Virus record (IMG/VR): IMGVR_UViG_3300022839_000011 | Location: 1 to 64,000 of that record | Direction: 5' to 3' (one strand) | Length of the DNA: 64,000 nt | From: a virus | Shown: in pieces, positions 1 through 10,509 of the stretch | How positions within the stretch are numbered: position 1 is the stretch's first letter | Layout: each line of letters begins with the position of its first letter | Position numbers and translations under genes: made by a program | Notes under the pieces: model-generated | What the model saw: only the letters and a program-made list of their open reading frames with translations | The model's database searches: none | What the model was told of the DNA's origin: nothing

Positions 1-543
1 TTTGATCGTATCAATAAATTCAGGGATATATTCTCTCTGTTTTGCATATGTTACATTACGTTCGTAGCTGTCGGAAGGATTGCCCGCCTTGCCCTCGCCC
101 ATATACATATCAAATGTCCACGAATTAAACATATTATCAACTACATCTTTGCGTACCATTGTAAAATACACCGCTGACTTTTTACCATATCCTTGCACAA
201 AAAGCCGATCCTCGTGTGCTGCTTCAAAGAATGTATCTACTGTAAATCCTTCTTTTTTAACAGCAATGTCGTGATAGGTGTTTTTGCCAATTTCGAGTTC
301 CACTAGATTTTCTTGAATGCTTTCCATAATAATGTCTAGCGCAATGCCAGAAGATTCTTCGCCCGCGCCGTAGTCATTATACACAGAAACGAATGGTGTA
401 AGCATAGGTTTGTATAATGCACTACTGTAGCAATGACTGCGATAGCTACTCAAGTCGTTTTCTAATACAGGAAATACATACATCTTCTCGCCATCGTGAA
501 TTGGTAAGTTAGTAAGTCCACAAGTTCCATTCCAACAGCCCAT
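1..543 (-). CDS. hypothetical phage protein (runs off window start)
   Basis: ATG at 543 preceded by AGGAG; reads MGCWNGTCGLTNLPIHDGEKMYVFPV...; absent from the ORF track because it is truncated. Confidence 0.6.
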   Translation of the reverse strand, partial: MGCWNGTCGLTNLPIHDGEKMYVFPVLENDLSSYRSHCYSSALYKPMLTPFVSVYNDYGAGEESSGIALDIIMESIQENLVELEIGKNTYHDIAVKKEGFTVDTFFEAAHEDRLFVQGYGKKSAVYFTMVRKDVVDNMFNSWTFDMYMGEGKAGNPSDSYERNVTYAKQREYIPEFIDTIK

Positions 544-562
544 CTAATTCTCCTATTTAAAT

Positions 563-2244
563 TTACCTATTATCAGATTTTATTTCCGTTACTTTCTTTA
601 ATACTGAATGTAGTAATTCCATACTATCTGCAAATTTAATTGCATTGCTGTTTTTTTCCAAAACTAGATCATCAATATCATCCATCACAATGCGAATATT
701 GATAAAGTTTGTTCCGCCTTTACCATACAGCATGGCATCTATATCCATGAGTTTATCAATTAGCTTCATAGGAATTTTGATGCTGAATACAGCGCATTGG
801 CTGCAATGTCTCGGAATCAATTCTTACTGCAAGAAATCCTTTATGCGAGGAATTCCTGTACCAGTATTGAACGTCTGAAAGACAAACTGATGTGAATGAT
901 TTAGTATAATCATTGCCTTCTTCGTTGCACCCAGCCAAGAGCAAGGACGACAGTAATGCTATGGTAATTAGTTTCATTAGGGGGTTTCCTTTATTTTCAA
1001 GTATCAACATAACATATGATACGGCGATAGTCAATACTTTTTGGCTCACGCCTAATTAGATTATACCTTTTTCTTCAATACGATAAAGTTTGTGTAGTCG
1101 CATGAAACGTATTGATCATAGTTAATGTCTGATGTGTGGATATATTCTGCCCGAATTTCGATATTGTTGATATCAGAATCATCGCCAAAGTGATCCTTTG
1201 CCATTTGTAAAAGTTCACTGATGACATAACCATCAGGAAAATATAGATACAATTCGGTAGGCGTATTGACAGGCCAGAAGTCTCTAGCGGTTTGGCTAAT
1301 GCGTGAATATCCCATTACTAATTCCTTTCTTTGATGAATTCAATATTCTTAGCGTATATCTTGTACTGACAATGTGACGACATAATAGCAAAATGTATCC
1401 ACCACAACTGTTCTGATTTTAGTCACTTTTCCGTTAAAATTTTCCTGCGAGCCATCTGTGTTAGTCAATACTTCTTCACCGATCATAGGAACGCGTTGCA
1501 AGAAATCTTGTCTGGTTATATTGGGTTTATTTTCTACTAGTTTCACAAATTCAATATGAAATTTTTCAGAAGCATCTTTCATTTCTTATTCTTTCTTTTT
1601 GAGCGAAGTTTTGCGCGTGTCTTTTCTGACGGGTTTGATATTGATCTATTAAATGGATTACTATCTGGAATGCGCGATTCCCAGTCTTTAACTTTAGGTT
1701 CAATGAATGATATGTTTTCAGAAAGCCAATCTGTTTCATCAATTATCATAAATTCGTCAAAAGTTCCAAAGATAATATCTTTGCTATAACCTCTTTGATT
1801 CGACAATATCGTTTCTATGTCTATTATCATTTTGTCACTTTTCTATATTTCACAATATCACATTTATTCCACCCAAAGTTACAAGCAATGTCAATCCAAG
1901 ACTCATCCGAATCCGAAAATACAACTTCCACTTCATCATAAGACTTTAATTCTTCTGGCATTCCAGAGTAATGCTTTGGTTTGTAGTTTTTAAATTCCAT
2001 GCGCTTTCCGATACACATATAAAAATTAGCCAAAAGATGTTTATCAGATCCAATTTGGTGACATTTTTCCGACTTGTTCCTTAGTCCATTGTTTGATCCC
2101 GTCTTCCCAGAACTCCACTCGGTGACAGCATTGAATTATAGAATTATAAGTTGGTAGATGTAGTTCATCTGACACCCAGACGATATTAGTACCGTGCATA
2201 TCATAATCAACATGCCAGTCATGTAGGTAAATATAAACTTTCAT
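563..2244 (-). other. cluster of small early hypothetical genes (563-820, 756-1049, 1061-1315, 1349-1582, 1579-1830, 1827-2033, 2044-2244)
   Basis: Tightly packed or overlapping minus-strand ORFs; 756-1049 has a lipoprotein-like LLLAGC signal. Confidence 0.6.
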
Positions 2245-2446
2245 TTCACAGACCTTTTATTGTTATAAGCTAATCGAAGTGTTGCGTCAACTATACTTTT
2301 TCAGTAGATCAAAGTCAATAGATATTACGTTCTTTTATAGGTGATAGGCCACAATGTAATCAACGCAACAATCGCTAATTTAGAAAACACTGTTAAAAAT
2401 GTAGTTGACTTATAATCCAACAACTATAGTACAGGAATTTATAATA

Positions 2447-2812
2447 CTATACTTTGATCAGCCAATCAATGTCCAGCCAATCTGTATCTTCGTTCATCAA
2501 TTCGACTTCATCCCCATGGATTTTTTTTAGCTTGTCCCAAACATATGCGTTGTTCATTTTGATACCGTAAGATTCTTTGTTGCAAGTGTAACAAGAACCA
2601 CTTGTGCTGAAAAATTCATACAAAAAGATTTCTATCTTTTCGCCTAGACTCACATAATGGTCAGTTCTACTTTTAACACTTATGATGCCGCTTTCCATGC
2701 ACCAACTGCTACCATCAAGGTAGCCACCTGATTTTCCACTGAGAACTCTATAGTGTGGTTCCACACCATTAAATTTTATAATAACCCAATTGTCAACTTT
2801 ATAATTTTTCAT
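2447..2812 (-). CDS. hypothetical phage protein, paralog of 9650-9970
   Basis: Shared motif DNWVxxxF..PHYRV..G.SGGY..G.SW.M.SGI. Confidence 0.75.
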   Translation of the reverse strand: MKNYKVDNWVIIKFNGVEPHYRVLSGKSGGYLDGSSWCMESGIISVKSRTDHYVSLGEKIEIFLYEFFSTSGSCYTCNKESYGIKMNNAYVWDKLKKIHGDEVELMNEDTDWLDIDWLIKV

Positions 2813-2848
2813 GAAATGTTCCTTAATTTCAAAGTGATTATATTATTT

Positions 2849-3511
2849 TTACCATGCAACTTCAAGAGTATCATCATCAACATCACAATAGCTGAGTTCA
2901 CCAAGACAAATAAATCTTGTCCCATTTACAACTTTATCAACATCAGTGTGCCAATGACCAAAAATGTGCAAATCGGGCTGGTGGACTTCAAACATGGCCT
3001 GTAGTGCCGATGCGGTCCTAGTTTTGGATTGGTTTTTACCTCCTAAACTGTTCCCTGTTTTGATAAACAGTTCGAGAGCGATCTCTGCAGGACAATCGTG
3101 CGTAACCATTACTCTTGGCTGTGCAAGTTCAAACATATTGATAGCAATGTTTAGATCAGCATAAGAGAGTTCTTCATCCTCCCACATGTCAATACCCATA
3201 GTCCTCCAATGGTGATCAATCGACCAAGCACCGCCCATATACATTACATCATTAATAACTGTAGAATCTGGAATCCACGATTTCATCTTCTTACATTCAT
3301 TAGGCGAGTCATGATTTCCTCGAATGAATTTTGCATTTTTGCGAACCATCATATTATCAAGATTTGTGTGCCAATATTTGCTTTTTTCAAACCCCACGCC
3401 CATATCACCAACTTGAACGACAGAAGTGACTTCCTGAGGAAGATTGTTCAGGACCAATTGCAGTTCGCGAACGTAGCCGTGTACATCGCCTATATATCTT
3501 GTTTTACTCAT
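2849..3511 (-). CDS. calcineurin-like metallophosphoesterase
   Basis: GDVHG, GDMG, RGNHD, THD, GHWH motifs. Confidence 0.9.
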   Translation of the reverse strand: MSKTRYIGDVHGYVRELQLVLNNLPQEVTSVVQVGDMGVGFEKSKYWHTNLDNMMVRKNAKFIRGNHDSPNECKKMKSWIPDSTVINDVMYMGGAWSIDHHWRTMGIDMWEDEELSYADLNIAINMFELAQPRVMVTHDCPAEIALELFIKTGNSLGGKNQSKTRTASALQAMFEVHQPDLHIFGHWHTDVDKVVNGTRFICLGELSYCDVDDDTLEVAW

Positions 3512-4157
3512 TTTGCCTCACCAAATCTTATACTGGTTTCATGCCAACATAAAAATATTATTTGTTTCTTTTGTTGCGCAAGCGGTTCATCATGCGCTTA
3601 TATTTCATAATTTCCGCTGCCAAAACAAGGACTTCATGCACTTCATAACTAAATGTGTGTACATTAAAAACTTCTACCGCACGAAATCCATCGGATGAGG
3701 TACAAAAAGTAACGGGTTTCGAGTAAAAAGAAGCAATTAATTTTTCAGCACCTGTCATTTTAAATCCTTACTATTTTCTACATAATAGGTATACGACAGA
3801 TTGAATGGTTAGTCAATACATAAAGTGTCTTTTTCTGTTAATAATTTTTGCAATTTGTCTGGAGTGGTTTCGAGTATTGATGCAAGACTATTGATAGCTT
3901 CATGGATAGTATAGACCCCAAAACGCATAGTGGGATCATTGTTTTCTGCTGCCAGCAAAAATAATAATAATTTACTATGATTTTCATTCATTCAATTGCA
4001 TCCTTGGCAATGCAGAACCCTCTAACACCGCCAATTAGTTTTAACTGAACAATTGCTGCTCGACAAGATTCTTCATTATTAAATTCTTGCATTGCCACGC
4101 CACTCCCATTGAAAGTGGTGTATATAAGTACCAAGATGAATGCACCCGCTGTATTAA

Positions 4158-4571
4158 TCATTCGTCTGTACCAAACTTTTTATGTAACCGCAAATAATGA
4201 GCATATTCTTTGTCTTTTTTTGTTTTAGCAATAAGGATACCTGCATTCTTACTTTTCATTTCTTCATTTAGTCTTTTTCTTTGTTCTTTGTCGGTTTCAC
4301 TACGGTAATAATAATACCTTGCTACAATTTCGCCATCATTTAATTCACAAGCGGAAAAATAAAAACTTCCAGCATTTACCATTCCTTTTGATTTTGCTAA
4401 TGTAACTACATTATCAATTTTATCTTTTAAATTTTCTGCACTACTGTCAAGCGATTTCATTACTAAACAATCTTGCACTACATATGGGGTTATTTCTTTA
4501 TTAGAAATTGACATTTCATATCTCCTATAAGATTTTTGTCTTAGTTTGCCATTTGACTGTATAACAGGCAT
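4158..4571 (-). CDS. hypothetical protein (likely start 4520 region, MSISNK)
   Basis: ORF track; SD AGGAG before the internal Met. Confidence 0.55.
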   Translation of the reverse strand: MPVIQSNGKLRQKSYRRYEMSISNKEITPYVVQDCLVMKSLDSSAENLKDKIDNVVTLAKSKGMVNAGSFYFSACELNDGEIVARYYYYRSETDKEQRKRLNEEMKSKNAGILIAKTKKDKEYAHYLRLHKKFGTDE

Positions 4572-4616
4572 TCACTTCATATGTTTATATATCATACAAA
4601 TGGCAATGTCAATACA

Positions 4617-4850
4617 TTAAGTTCTACTTAGCTGTTTTGTCTCTAGTGATATAGCAACATTGGAAAGTGCTGCTTCTAGTCTACTTTGCTCGGCAAATAG
4701 ATTTTTGTGCTCGATAGAAGAAAGCTCTTCGTCTAGAAATTTGACTTCTACTTTAGCATCACTAAATGCCTTCATAATATAGGCGGCAACTGTGGATTTT
4801 CCGGCCCCAGTAGCACCGGAAATTACAATGCTAATTTTTTTCTTTTCCAT
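4617..4850 (-). CDS. small P-loop-containing protein
   Basis: GATGAGKST Walker A in a 77 aa ORF. Confidence 0.6.
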   Translation of the reverse strand: MEKKKISIVISGATGAGKSTVAAYIMKAFSDAKVEVKFLDEELSSIEHKNLFAEQSRLEAALSNVAISLETKQLSRT

Positions 4851-4879
4851 AATTATGTCCTTTGTTGCGGTTGGTGGTG

Positions 4880-4903
4880 GGGCAGACTAATTTAGTCTGC
4901 CCC
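4880..4903. terminator. hairpin downstream of the 5319-7316/4909-5322 pair
   Basis: GGGCAGACTAA/TTAGTCTGCCC inverted repeat. Confidence 0.5.
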
Positions 4904-4908
4904 TATAA

Positions 4909-5322
4909 TCAGTCCAATGTAGCCAATTCTGCCTGAATTTCTTCCAGTGTCTTATTTTCCAGAATTTGATCTTTCCTTTTTGCCAAAAGTGTAAGCAATT
5001 GCTCTTTACGTTTTGCTTTTTCGGCAGATTCAATACGTTGGGCGTTTTCTTGTTGCTTTACAGCAATGATATATTTGACCAATTCGAGCTTCTGTTCGTC
5101 TACTGCACGTTTGGTGTTTACAGAAGTTGAGACAAAAGTATCTTCTTCTTGCATTTTCAAATCACGATTGATAGCCTTTGCAACATCATTTAAGTTTGCG
5201 CCGCGCGCAGATGTAAGCGGCAAATCCCACAATTCTGTCACAGTAAGAACCCCCACAACTGAAGTGAACCCGAATTTACGACGTGTAGCATTTTCAAAAA
5301 TATTCATATTATTTCCCTTCAA
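4909..5322 (-). CDS. phage coiled-coil protein
   Basis: IFENATRRKFGF..G.LTVTELWDLPL; overlaps the stop of the upstream large ORF. Confidence 0.7.
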   Translation of the reverse strand: MKGNNMNIFENATRRKFGFTSVVGVLTVTELWDLPLTSARGANLNDVAKAINRDLKMQEEDTFVSTSVNTKRAVDEQKLELVKYIIAVKQQENAQRIESAEKAKRKEQLLTLLAKRKDQILENKTLEEIQAELATLD

Positions 5323-7316
5323 AAGTTTATTTTATAGAGTTGATTAAGTTTTTCGCCTTTAGCATGAACAACAACAGAATTCTTTTTGGTAGAAGAAAAA
5401 CCGACGCCGCTCATCTGCTTTGTAGTATACTCGCATTTTAGTTTGTCTGCAAGGATTTCAAACACTTTGCGATGTTTTGTTAGGTCGGTGCGCAATTGTT
5501 CGTTGTAGAATCCTCTTGTCTCATCTGGATTGATACAATCATCAAGCACAAAAAACCAGTGCTTATTCCCCGAACCATTTTCATCCATATAGTTTGGGCT
5601 GGTAGCAATAGTATTGACTTTTACGAATGTTTCTGTTTTCAAATTCCAAATTTCTCTGCACGCAGAATTTTCTTGGATGCCGGAATGCTTATCAATTGAA
5701 ACAATTTCACCATTCTTAACATAAATCTCGATAGATTTTACATTACCTTGTACCCCTTTAGGATAAGAAAACTCATAAATCTTACCATGTGATTCTACTT
5801 CAAGATTGAATCCCACATCAATAGATTCCCGTTTGGTAAAATTATTGACCATAACACTATAACACCCATCACTAGGCGTAGTCAACCACCGAACGTTCTC
5901 CACCGCATCACAAACAGGATTACTGACATTCATATCAACATCAAGCTTATTTGATTTGTTACTAAAATAAATGCGATTGCCATTTGGTTCAGTTACATAG
6001 ATATCCAAATCATCTGTATTAAACCAATTCAGGCTTACGCGCATCTGAGCATCTACATTACCCCCCGCGCGCTTCACCTTTTCTTTGATAGAATCAGCAA
6101 CATTACCATTATATGACCAAGATAGGTTGTTATCCCATTTAAAAATGTTTTGTGCATCTTCATTGATAGGTGCTGTCAAACTCATAAGATTTTCCGACAA
6201 TTCATTTTTCAACAGCAATTCCATAGATTCGGAACGTGGAATTACAGTGTTGATAAATTCTGAAATGCCAATTTCAATTTTATGTTGTGTAGCTTTTTTC
6301 TGTGGTTTTACTTCTTTCATTAGAAGATCCGCAATCCCGCCATCTTTCATCTGATCACGAGCCTTCGTATCTACAAACAAAACATCGTTTACGCTGATAT
6401 CAGATAGATTCGCAAAACGACGCTTTAGGCTTTCACCAATGCCCAAATCATCAACAGTTTTCATTGCTTCTTTGATCATATTTGGCGTGATAAGTGATGT
6501 AGTACGCTTATAAGTGTCAGGTGCCACTTTCGACTCGTACATCCGCACAGCCTGTTCTAAATCAACGCCTTCTGTCAAATCTTGAACCAGCGAACCAATT
6601 ACAGTGTTGCGAAGACGGGATGCAAAATTAGAAAAGTGTTCCCATACATATGAATTTTTAGATTGGTCTGAATTAAGCTTTCCGTACTGCTCTTTAAAAT
6701 GTTTAAACTGTTCCATGATGGATTGAAACTCTTGCCCACGATAGATGCTGTTAGATTTGATAAGATCCAATACAGAATCAATTGCAGACATACTTAGCTC
6801 GTCTAACCCACGCTGAAAAACATGCACATTTGATTTTGCGACTGACATGAGAGTTGGGCCTTCAGCAGAAACAAATTTGCATTTTAGTTCTGCTTCAAAA
6901 TGATGCCACTGTTTCACATCATTATTCTCAATTTGTTGGTAGCTTACTTCTTGACCATAACGTGCTTCGGATTTGCGAAAAATATTTTTCACATTGCTTG
7001 ACCGAACAATTTCTGCCATTGTCGCAGATACTACGTCATATGGATGAGGTGCATCTACAATAGCGGCATCCCAAACTGTTGTCATTACACCATCTTTAAT
7101 AGATACTGCATTTGCAATATTGGCAATAAATTGTTTGCAGCAGTTACAATCATGTTCTGTGCGCTCTTTAAAAATAGGATCAGTACCTTGTGGAAATGCT
7201 CCTAGATAAGCATTCCAAAGAACATCTGTATCAATATCTGTGGTAAATAGCTCGCCTTTTGACATCATATCAAATTGTTTGCGCACCAGTTTAGAAAACG
7301 TTAGGAAGTTTGACAT
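5319..7316 (-). CDS. large phage protein with HDCNCC motif and YfaP/DUF2135-like domain
   Basis: 665 aa; EHDCNCCKQFI; VSLNWFNTDDLDIYVTEPNG resembles DUF2135. Confidence 0.65.
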   Translation of the reverse strand: MSNFLTFSKLVRKQFDMMSKGELFTTDIDTDVLWNAYLGAFPQGTDPIFKERTEHDCNCCKQFIANIANAVSIKDGVMTTVWDAAIVDAPHPYDVVSATMAEIVRSSNVKNIFRKSEARYGQEVSYQQIENNDVKQWHHFEAELKCKFVSAEGPTLMSVAKSNVHVFQRGLDELSMSAIDSVLDLIKSNSIYRGQEFQSIMEQFKHFKEQYGKLNSDQSKNSYVWEHFSNFASRLRNTVIGSLVQDLTEGVDLEQAVRMYESKVAPDTYKRTTSLITPNMIKEAMKTVDDLGIGESLKRRFANLSDISVNDVLFVDTKARDQMKDGGIADLLMKEVKPQKKATQHKIEIGISEFINTVIPRSESMELLLKNELSENLMSLTAPINEDAQNIFKWDNNLSWSYNGNVADSIKEKVKRAGGNVDAQMRVSLNWFNTDDLDIYVTEPNGNRIYFSNKSNKLDVDMNVSNPVCDAVENVRWLTTPSDGCYSVMVNNFTKRESIDVGFNLEVESHGKIYEFSYPKGVQGNVKSIEIYVKNGEIVSIDKHSGIQENSACREIWNLKTETFVKVNTIATSPNYMDENGSGNKHWFFVLDDCINPDETRGFYNEQLRTDLTKHRKVFEILADKLKCEYTTKQMSGVGFSSTKKNSVVVHAKGEKLNQLYKINF

Positions 7317-7344
7317 TCAAGCCCTCATTAATTTCATGTTAAAA

Positions 7345-7686
7345 TTACTCTGTAAGTACGAATTTCTTAGGCCACCTACCTACATCAATACCGTAATAAA
7401 ATGCGACATCAAAGTAATCGCTATTGACTTCGGAATTATCATACCAATCGCTGCCTTTCATTGCGGCAACAAGTTCGTTCAAAAAGTCTTTTGCAACACC
7501 TTTAAAGTTATAATCAATGTTGTAAACATTTACATTTTCGCCAATATTAACCTTACCTGAAGTAAGTGTAACGACTATCTTAGAATTGTTAGGTATAGAA
7601 ACAGTACCTTTCATGTCATACTTTTTCAGTACGGCTTTGATGTTTGGCATACGGACAGACTTCATTTCTTTTGAGATGTAAGACAT
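7345..7686 (-). CDS. early hypothetical protein
   Basis: ORF with SD AAGGA; upstream TTGACA promoter at 7743-7748. Confidence 0.7.
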   Translation of the reverse strand: MSYISKEMKSVRMPNIKAVLKKYDMKGTVSIPNNSKIVVTLTSGKVNIGENVNVYNIDYNFKGVAKDFLNELVAAMKGSDWYDNSEVNSDYFDVAFYYGIDVGRWPKKFVLTE

Positions 7687-8318
7687 GTTTCGTTCCTTTT
7701 TGTGTTACCTTATGAATACAGATTATCAATTAATCCGTATCCTGTCAAGCACCAATTTAGTTTTAATTGTCGCACATACCACTAAATGCTGCATAAGCAC
7801 CGCCATTTCCTAGCATCAATGTACGCGAACCACATTTTGAAAAAGTGAAAGCCGCCATGCCAATACTAAAAACGACAAACAACAAAAGTAAAAAATTAAA
7901 CATGTCAGATATCTTTCTCATTTTGCAAGTCAAAAACTGGCTCGGTATTGTCGTGTCCATAAAAATAACCTACTGCAAGTGCAATAATAGGTGTAATAAG
8001 TATAATCAGAAAGTATGTCATAGCGTGTTTTCCTTTGATATGTTTTCGCCCTACTGTTTAACAATAGCATCACAATAGGGCAGTGTCAGCCTGTTATTTA
8101 CCAGCCGTGTTTTTACTAAACATGCCGCCGATTACAAGCGCGGCCAACCAAGTCTCAAATACGAACGGGATAGCAGCAACTGGGAATAGGGTATTAACTG
8201 CCCAGATCAATACAAGCGGCATAACCGCAACAAAAACGATAAGCAGTATTCCAAAAGTTAGTTTCATGGTGTGTTCCTTTATTTGTCATTAGAATTACTT
8301 TATATATCTAAAATGGGT

Positions 8319-8355
8319 GTAAGTCAACATGTATTTCACATATGACTAGTTAAAA
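8319..8355. repeat. 37-bp direct repeat, copy 1 (flanks Thg1)
   Basis: gtaagtcaacatgtatttcacatatgactagttaaaa; 36/37 identical to 9238-9274. Confidence 0.9.
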
Positions 8356-9121
8356 GTTCTACTCTTTCTTCGAGTGAATACCCACCGAAATACCCCAAAT
8401 CAATTTCTTCGTATTTTTTTCTTTTGACAGTTTGGATTTTATTCGTGCCATTATATAGTTTTTTGGGTGTTATACAGATATCATGGGACACAGGTTTGAT
8501 GTATGTCCCGTATTTTTGAGCATTGGGCAAATTATCCCATACAACAGTAAAATCTTTCTCCAAAACTCTAATCATATCCTTTCCAGATAAATTTTGCATT
8601 TTTTTATGCCCCGCTGTCCATCTGAACAGCGATGAGATACTATTTTTCTTTGCATCTTGAACACGCCACAAAATTACATTAGAAGCTTCGATTAAAGATG
8701 GGACCGCAAAGGATCTACAATCAAAGAATGCATAGCCATTGCCTGCCATTTGTGTAGGGGCAACTTTTAGTATTTCTGCGTTAAAATATGCAGTAGTCAT
8801 AGATGCAAGTATAGAGTTTATTTTAGATACTTTGCCGCCAAAAATATATTCTGCTTCTGGGTTATCCATTGAGTAGATCAAAGTGATCTCATCTGACTGT
8901 GTATACGCAAATTTTGCATTTGTTTCTGTTGCAATTTGCATAGTTGTATCTACCATAACCCTATTAAGATTAATGTCAAAGGGTTTGATAAAACCTTTGG
9001 TGAACTTACTAAATCGCTTTCCATCTATCCTAACACATAAGATGTCTGGTTGTGAAATTCTTGCTGATGTATATACCTTTTCGTACTCTTTCATACGATC
9101 ACCAAATAGATCATTTTTCAT
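8336..9121 (-). CDS. tRNA(His) guanylyltransferase Thg1-like protein (3'-5' polymerase)
   Basis: GDRMKEYE, VRIDGKRFSKFT, YTQSDEITL, FDCR, WRVQDA.KNSI motifs; start at 9121 (GGAG SD). Confidence 0.92.
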   Translation of the reverse strand: MKNDLFGDRMKEYEKVYTSARISQPDILCVRIDGKRFSKFTKGFIKPFDINLNRVMVDTTMQIATETNAKFAYTQSDEITLIYSMDNPEAEYIFGGKVSKINSILASMTTAYFNAEILKVAPTQMAGNGYAFFDCRSFAVPSLIEASNVILWRVQDAKKNSISSLFRWTAGHKKMQNLSGKDMIRVLEKDFTVVWDNLPNAQKYGTYIKPVSHDICITPKKLYNGTNKIQTVKRKKYEEIDLGYFGGYSLEERVELLTSHM

Positions 9122-9237
9122 ATTATTTACTCCAATGTTTTTGAGCTGGGCATTGTTCTTGTACAGGACAATCATCACAATACCACTCTTCTTCTAATGA
9201 AAGTCTACACCCCCAAGGGGTTCCTTTTTTCCATCCA

Positions 9238-9274
9238 GTAAGTCAACATGTATTTCACATATAACTAGTTAAAA
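9238..9274. repeat. 37-bp direct repeat, copy 2
   Basis: gtaagtcaacatgtatttcacatataactagttaaaa. Confidence 0.9.
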
Positions 9275-9564
9275 ATTTCGAACATGGGCGCGGCGATATT
9301 GGCAACTTGTTGGCCTGTTGCTTGATGGATTAGGCGAACCTGACTAACATGGATGAGGTATCCTGCTGCAACCGACGCGTGATAGTTACAGCCGTTCTGC
9401 TCAAAGCTGGCGTTCAGATTGCGGCGCATGATCTCTGCGTTTTTATCAGTCGGTGCACCGTTCGCCGTGCTGTTGACGCCGCCTCGGACATTCCACGCAA
9501 TCACATGCCATCCAGCTTGGTCTCTGTATTCGGCGCGGTAGATTGGAGTAATAATGCGTCCCAC
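9265..9564 (-). CDS. hypothetical protein
   Basis: GTG start with AGGAG SD; higher GC than flanks. Confidence 0.65.
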   Translation of the reverse strand: MGRIITPIYRAEYRDQAGWHVIAWNVRGGVNSTANGAPTDKNAEIMRRNLNASFEQNGCNYHASVAAGYLIHVSQVRLIHQATGQQVANIAAPMFEIFN

Positions 9565-9649
9565 TTTCGTCTCCTGTGTTTTACCTGTGTGTTAGTTATA
9601 GCATTTATGGTAGTACCGCGCAAGCACTAATTTTGTATTTTACTCCACA

Positions 9650-9970
9650 TTATATAATCCAATCCATGTTTTTCCAATCAACAAATTCATCTACAATTTC
9701 TACATTATCGCCATGTTTTTTTACAAGCATATCCCAAACGTGTGCATTATTCAATCGAAAACAGTATGAGTCTTTGTGGCATAAGTATGTAGAACCACTG
9801 TAACCAGTAAAGGTAAACTTATCTTCGTTTATTGTAACACCAACAATCCCAGAGCTCATTTTCCAACTATTGCCTGTTGTGTATCCACCACTCCATCCAG
9901 CTACCACCCTATAGTGTGGATTTTCGGTTTTAAAATATACAACAACCCAATTATCAGGATTGTACATCAT
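9650..9970 (-). CDS. hypothetical phage protein, paralog of 2447-2812
   Basis: YNPDNWVVV..YRVVAGWSGGYTTGNSWKMSSGI. Confidence 0.75.
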   Translation of the reverse strand: MMYNPDNWVVVYFKTENPHYRVVAGWSGGYTTGNSWKMSSGIVGVTINEDKFTFTGYSGSTYLCHKDSYCFRLNNAHVWDMLVKKHGDNVEIVDEFVDWKNMDWII

Positions 9971-10509
9971 AAAGGCAACTCGATATGATTTGTAGACAAT
10001 AATGTTCCATTCATATCGACAAAAGTAATCATATCAAACCCTTCATCAATAGATGGAATAATATAAGAATTATACATGCTTGTCAATATGTTAATGGGGA
10101 TAGTTTTGCCAATCCGATTTAATAGGCGAGATTTCCAAGCATGTAAATTGTCAACGTCTTTGACTTCTGGTGGAACAATGCAATGACAGTGAATATCATA
10201 ATTCGCCTGTTTCATACGATTTATGATTTTTTTGCGTTTGGCAAGTCCTAAATTTGTTTGGTCCCAGATAACATTTTGTTTGTTTTGCGCAGCAATATCA
10301 AGAAGTGCGTTCATTGACGAAGTTGCATTTTTAATATTTGCTTCGAACGCTTCATCATAAGTAAGATTGAATTGCAGGGCAGCTTCTTCGATGAAGTTAT
10401 CTGTACTGTATACAAAAATATCTGGGTCTATTTTTTTCAATAGATCAACTTGTGTAGACTTCCCCATCGCGGGCATACCAACCATCACGGTGCAAATTGG
10501 GTTTGTCAT
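9967..10509 (-). CDS. P-loop kinase (AAA_33 / polynucleotide kinase-like)
   Basis: VMVGMPAMGKST, YSTDNFIE, VIWDQTNL..KR motifs. Confidence 0.8.
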   Translation of the reverse strand: MTNPICTVMVGMPAMGKSTQVDLLKKIDPDIFVYSTDNFIEEAALQFNLTYDEAFEANIKNATSSMNALLDIAAQNKQNVIWDQTNLGLAKRKKIINRMKQANYDIHCHCIVPPEVKDVDNLHAWKSRLLNRIGKTIPINILTSMYNSYIIPSIDEGFDMITFVDMNGTLLSTNHIELPL

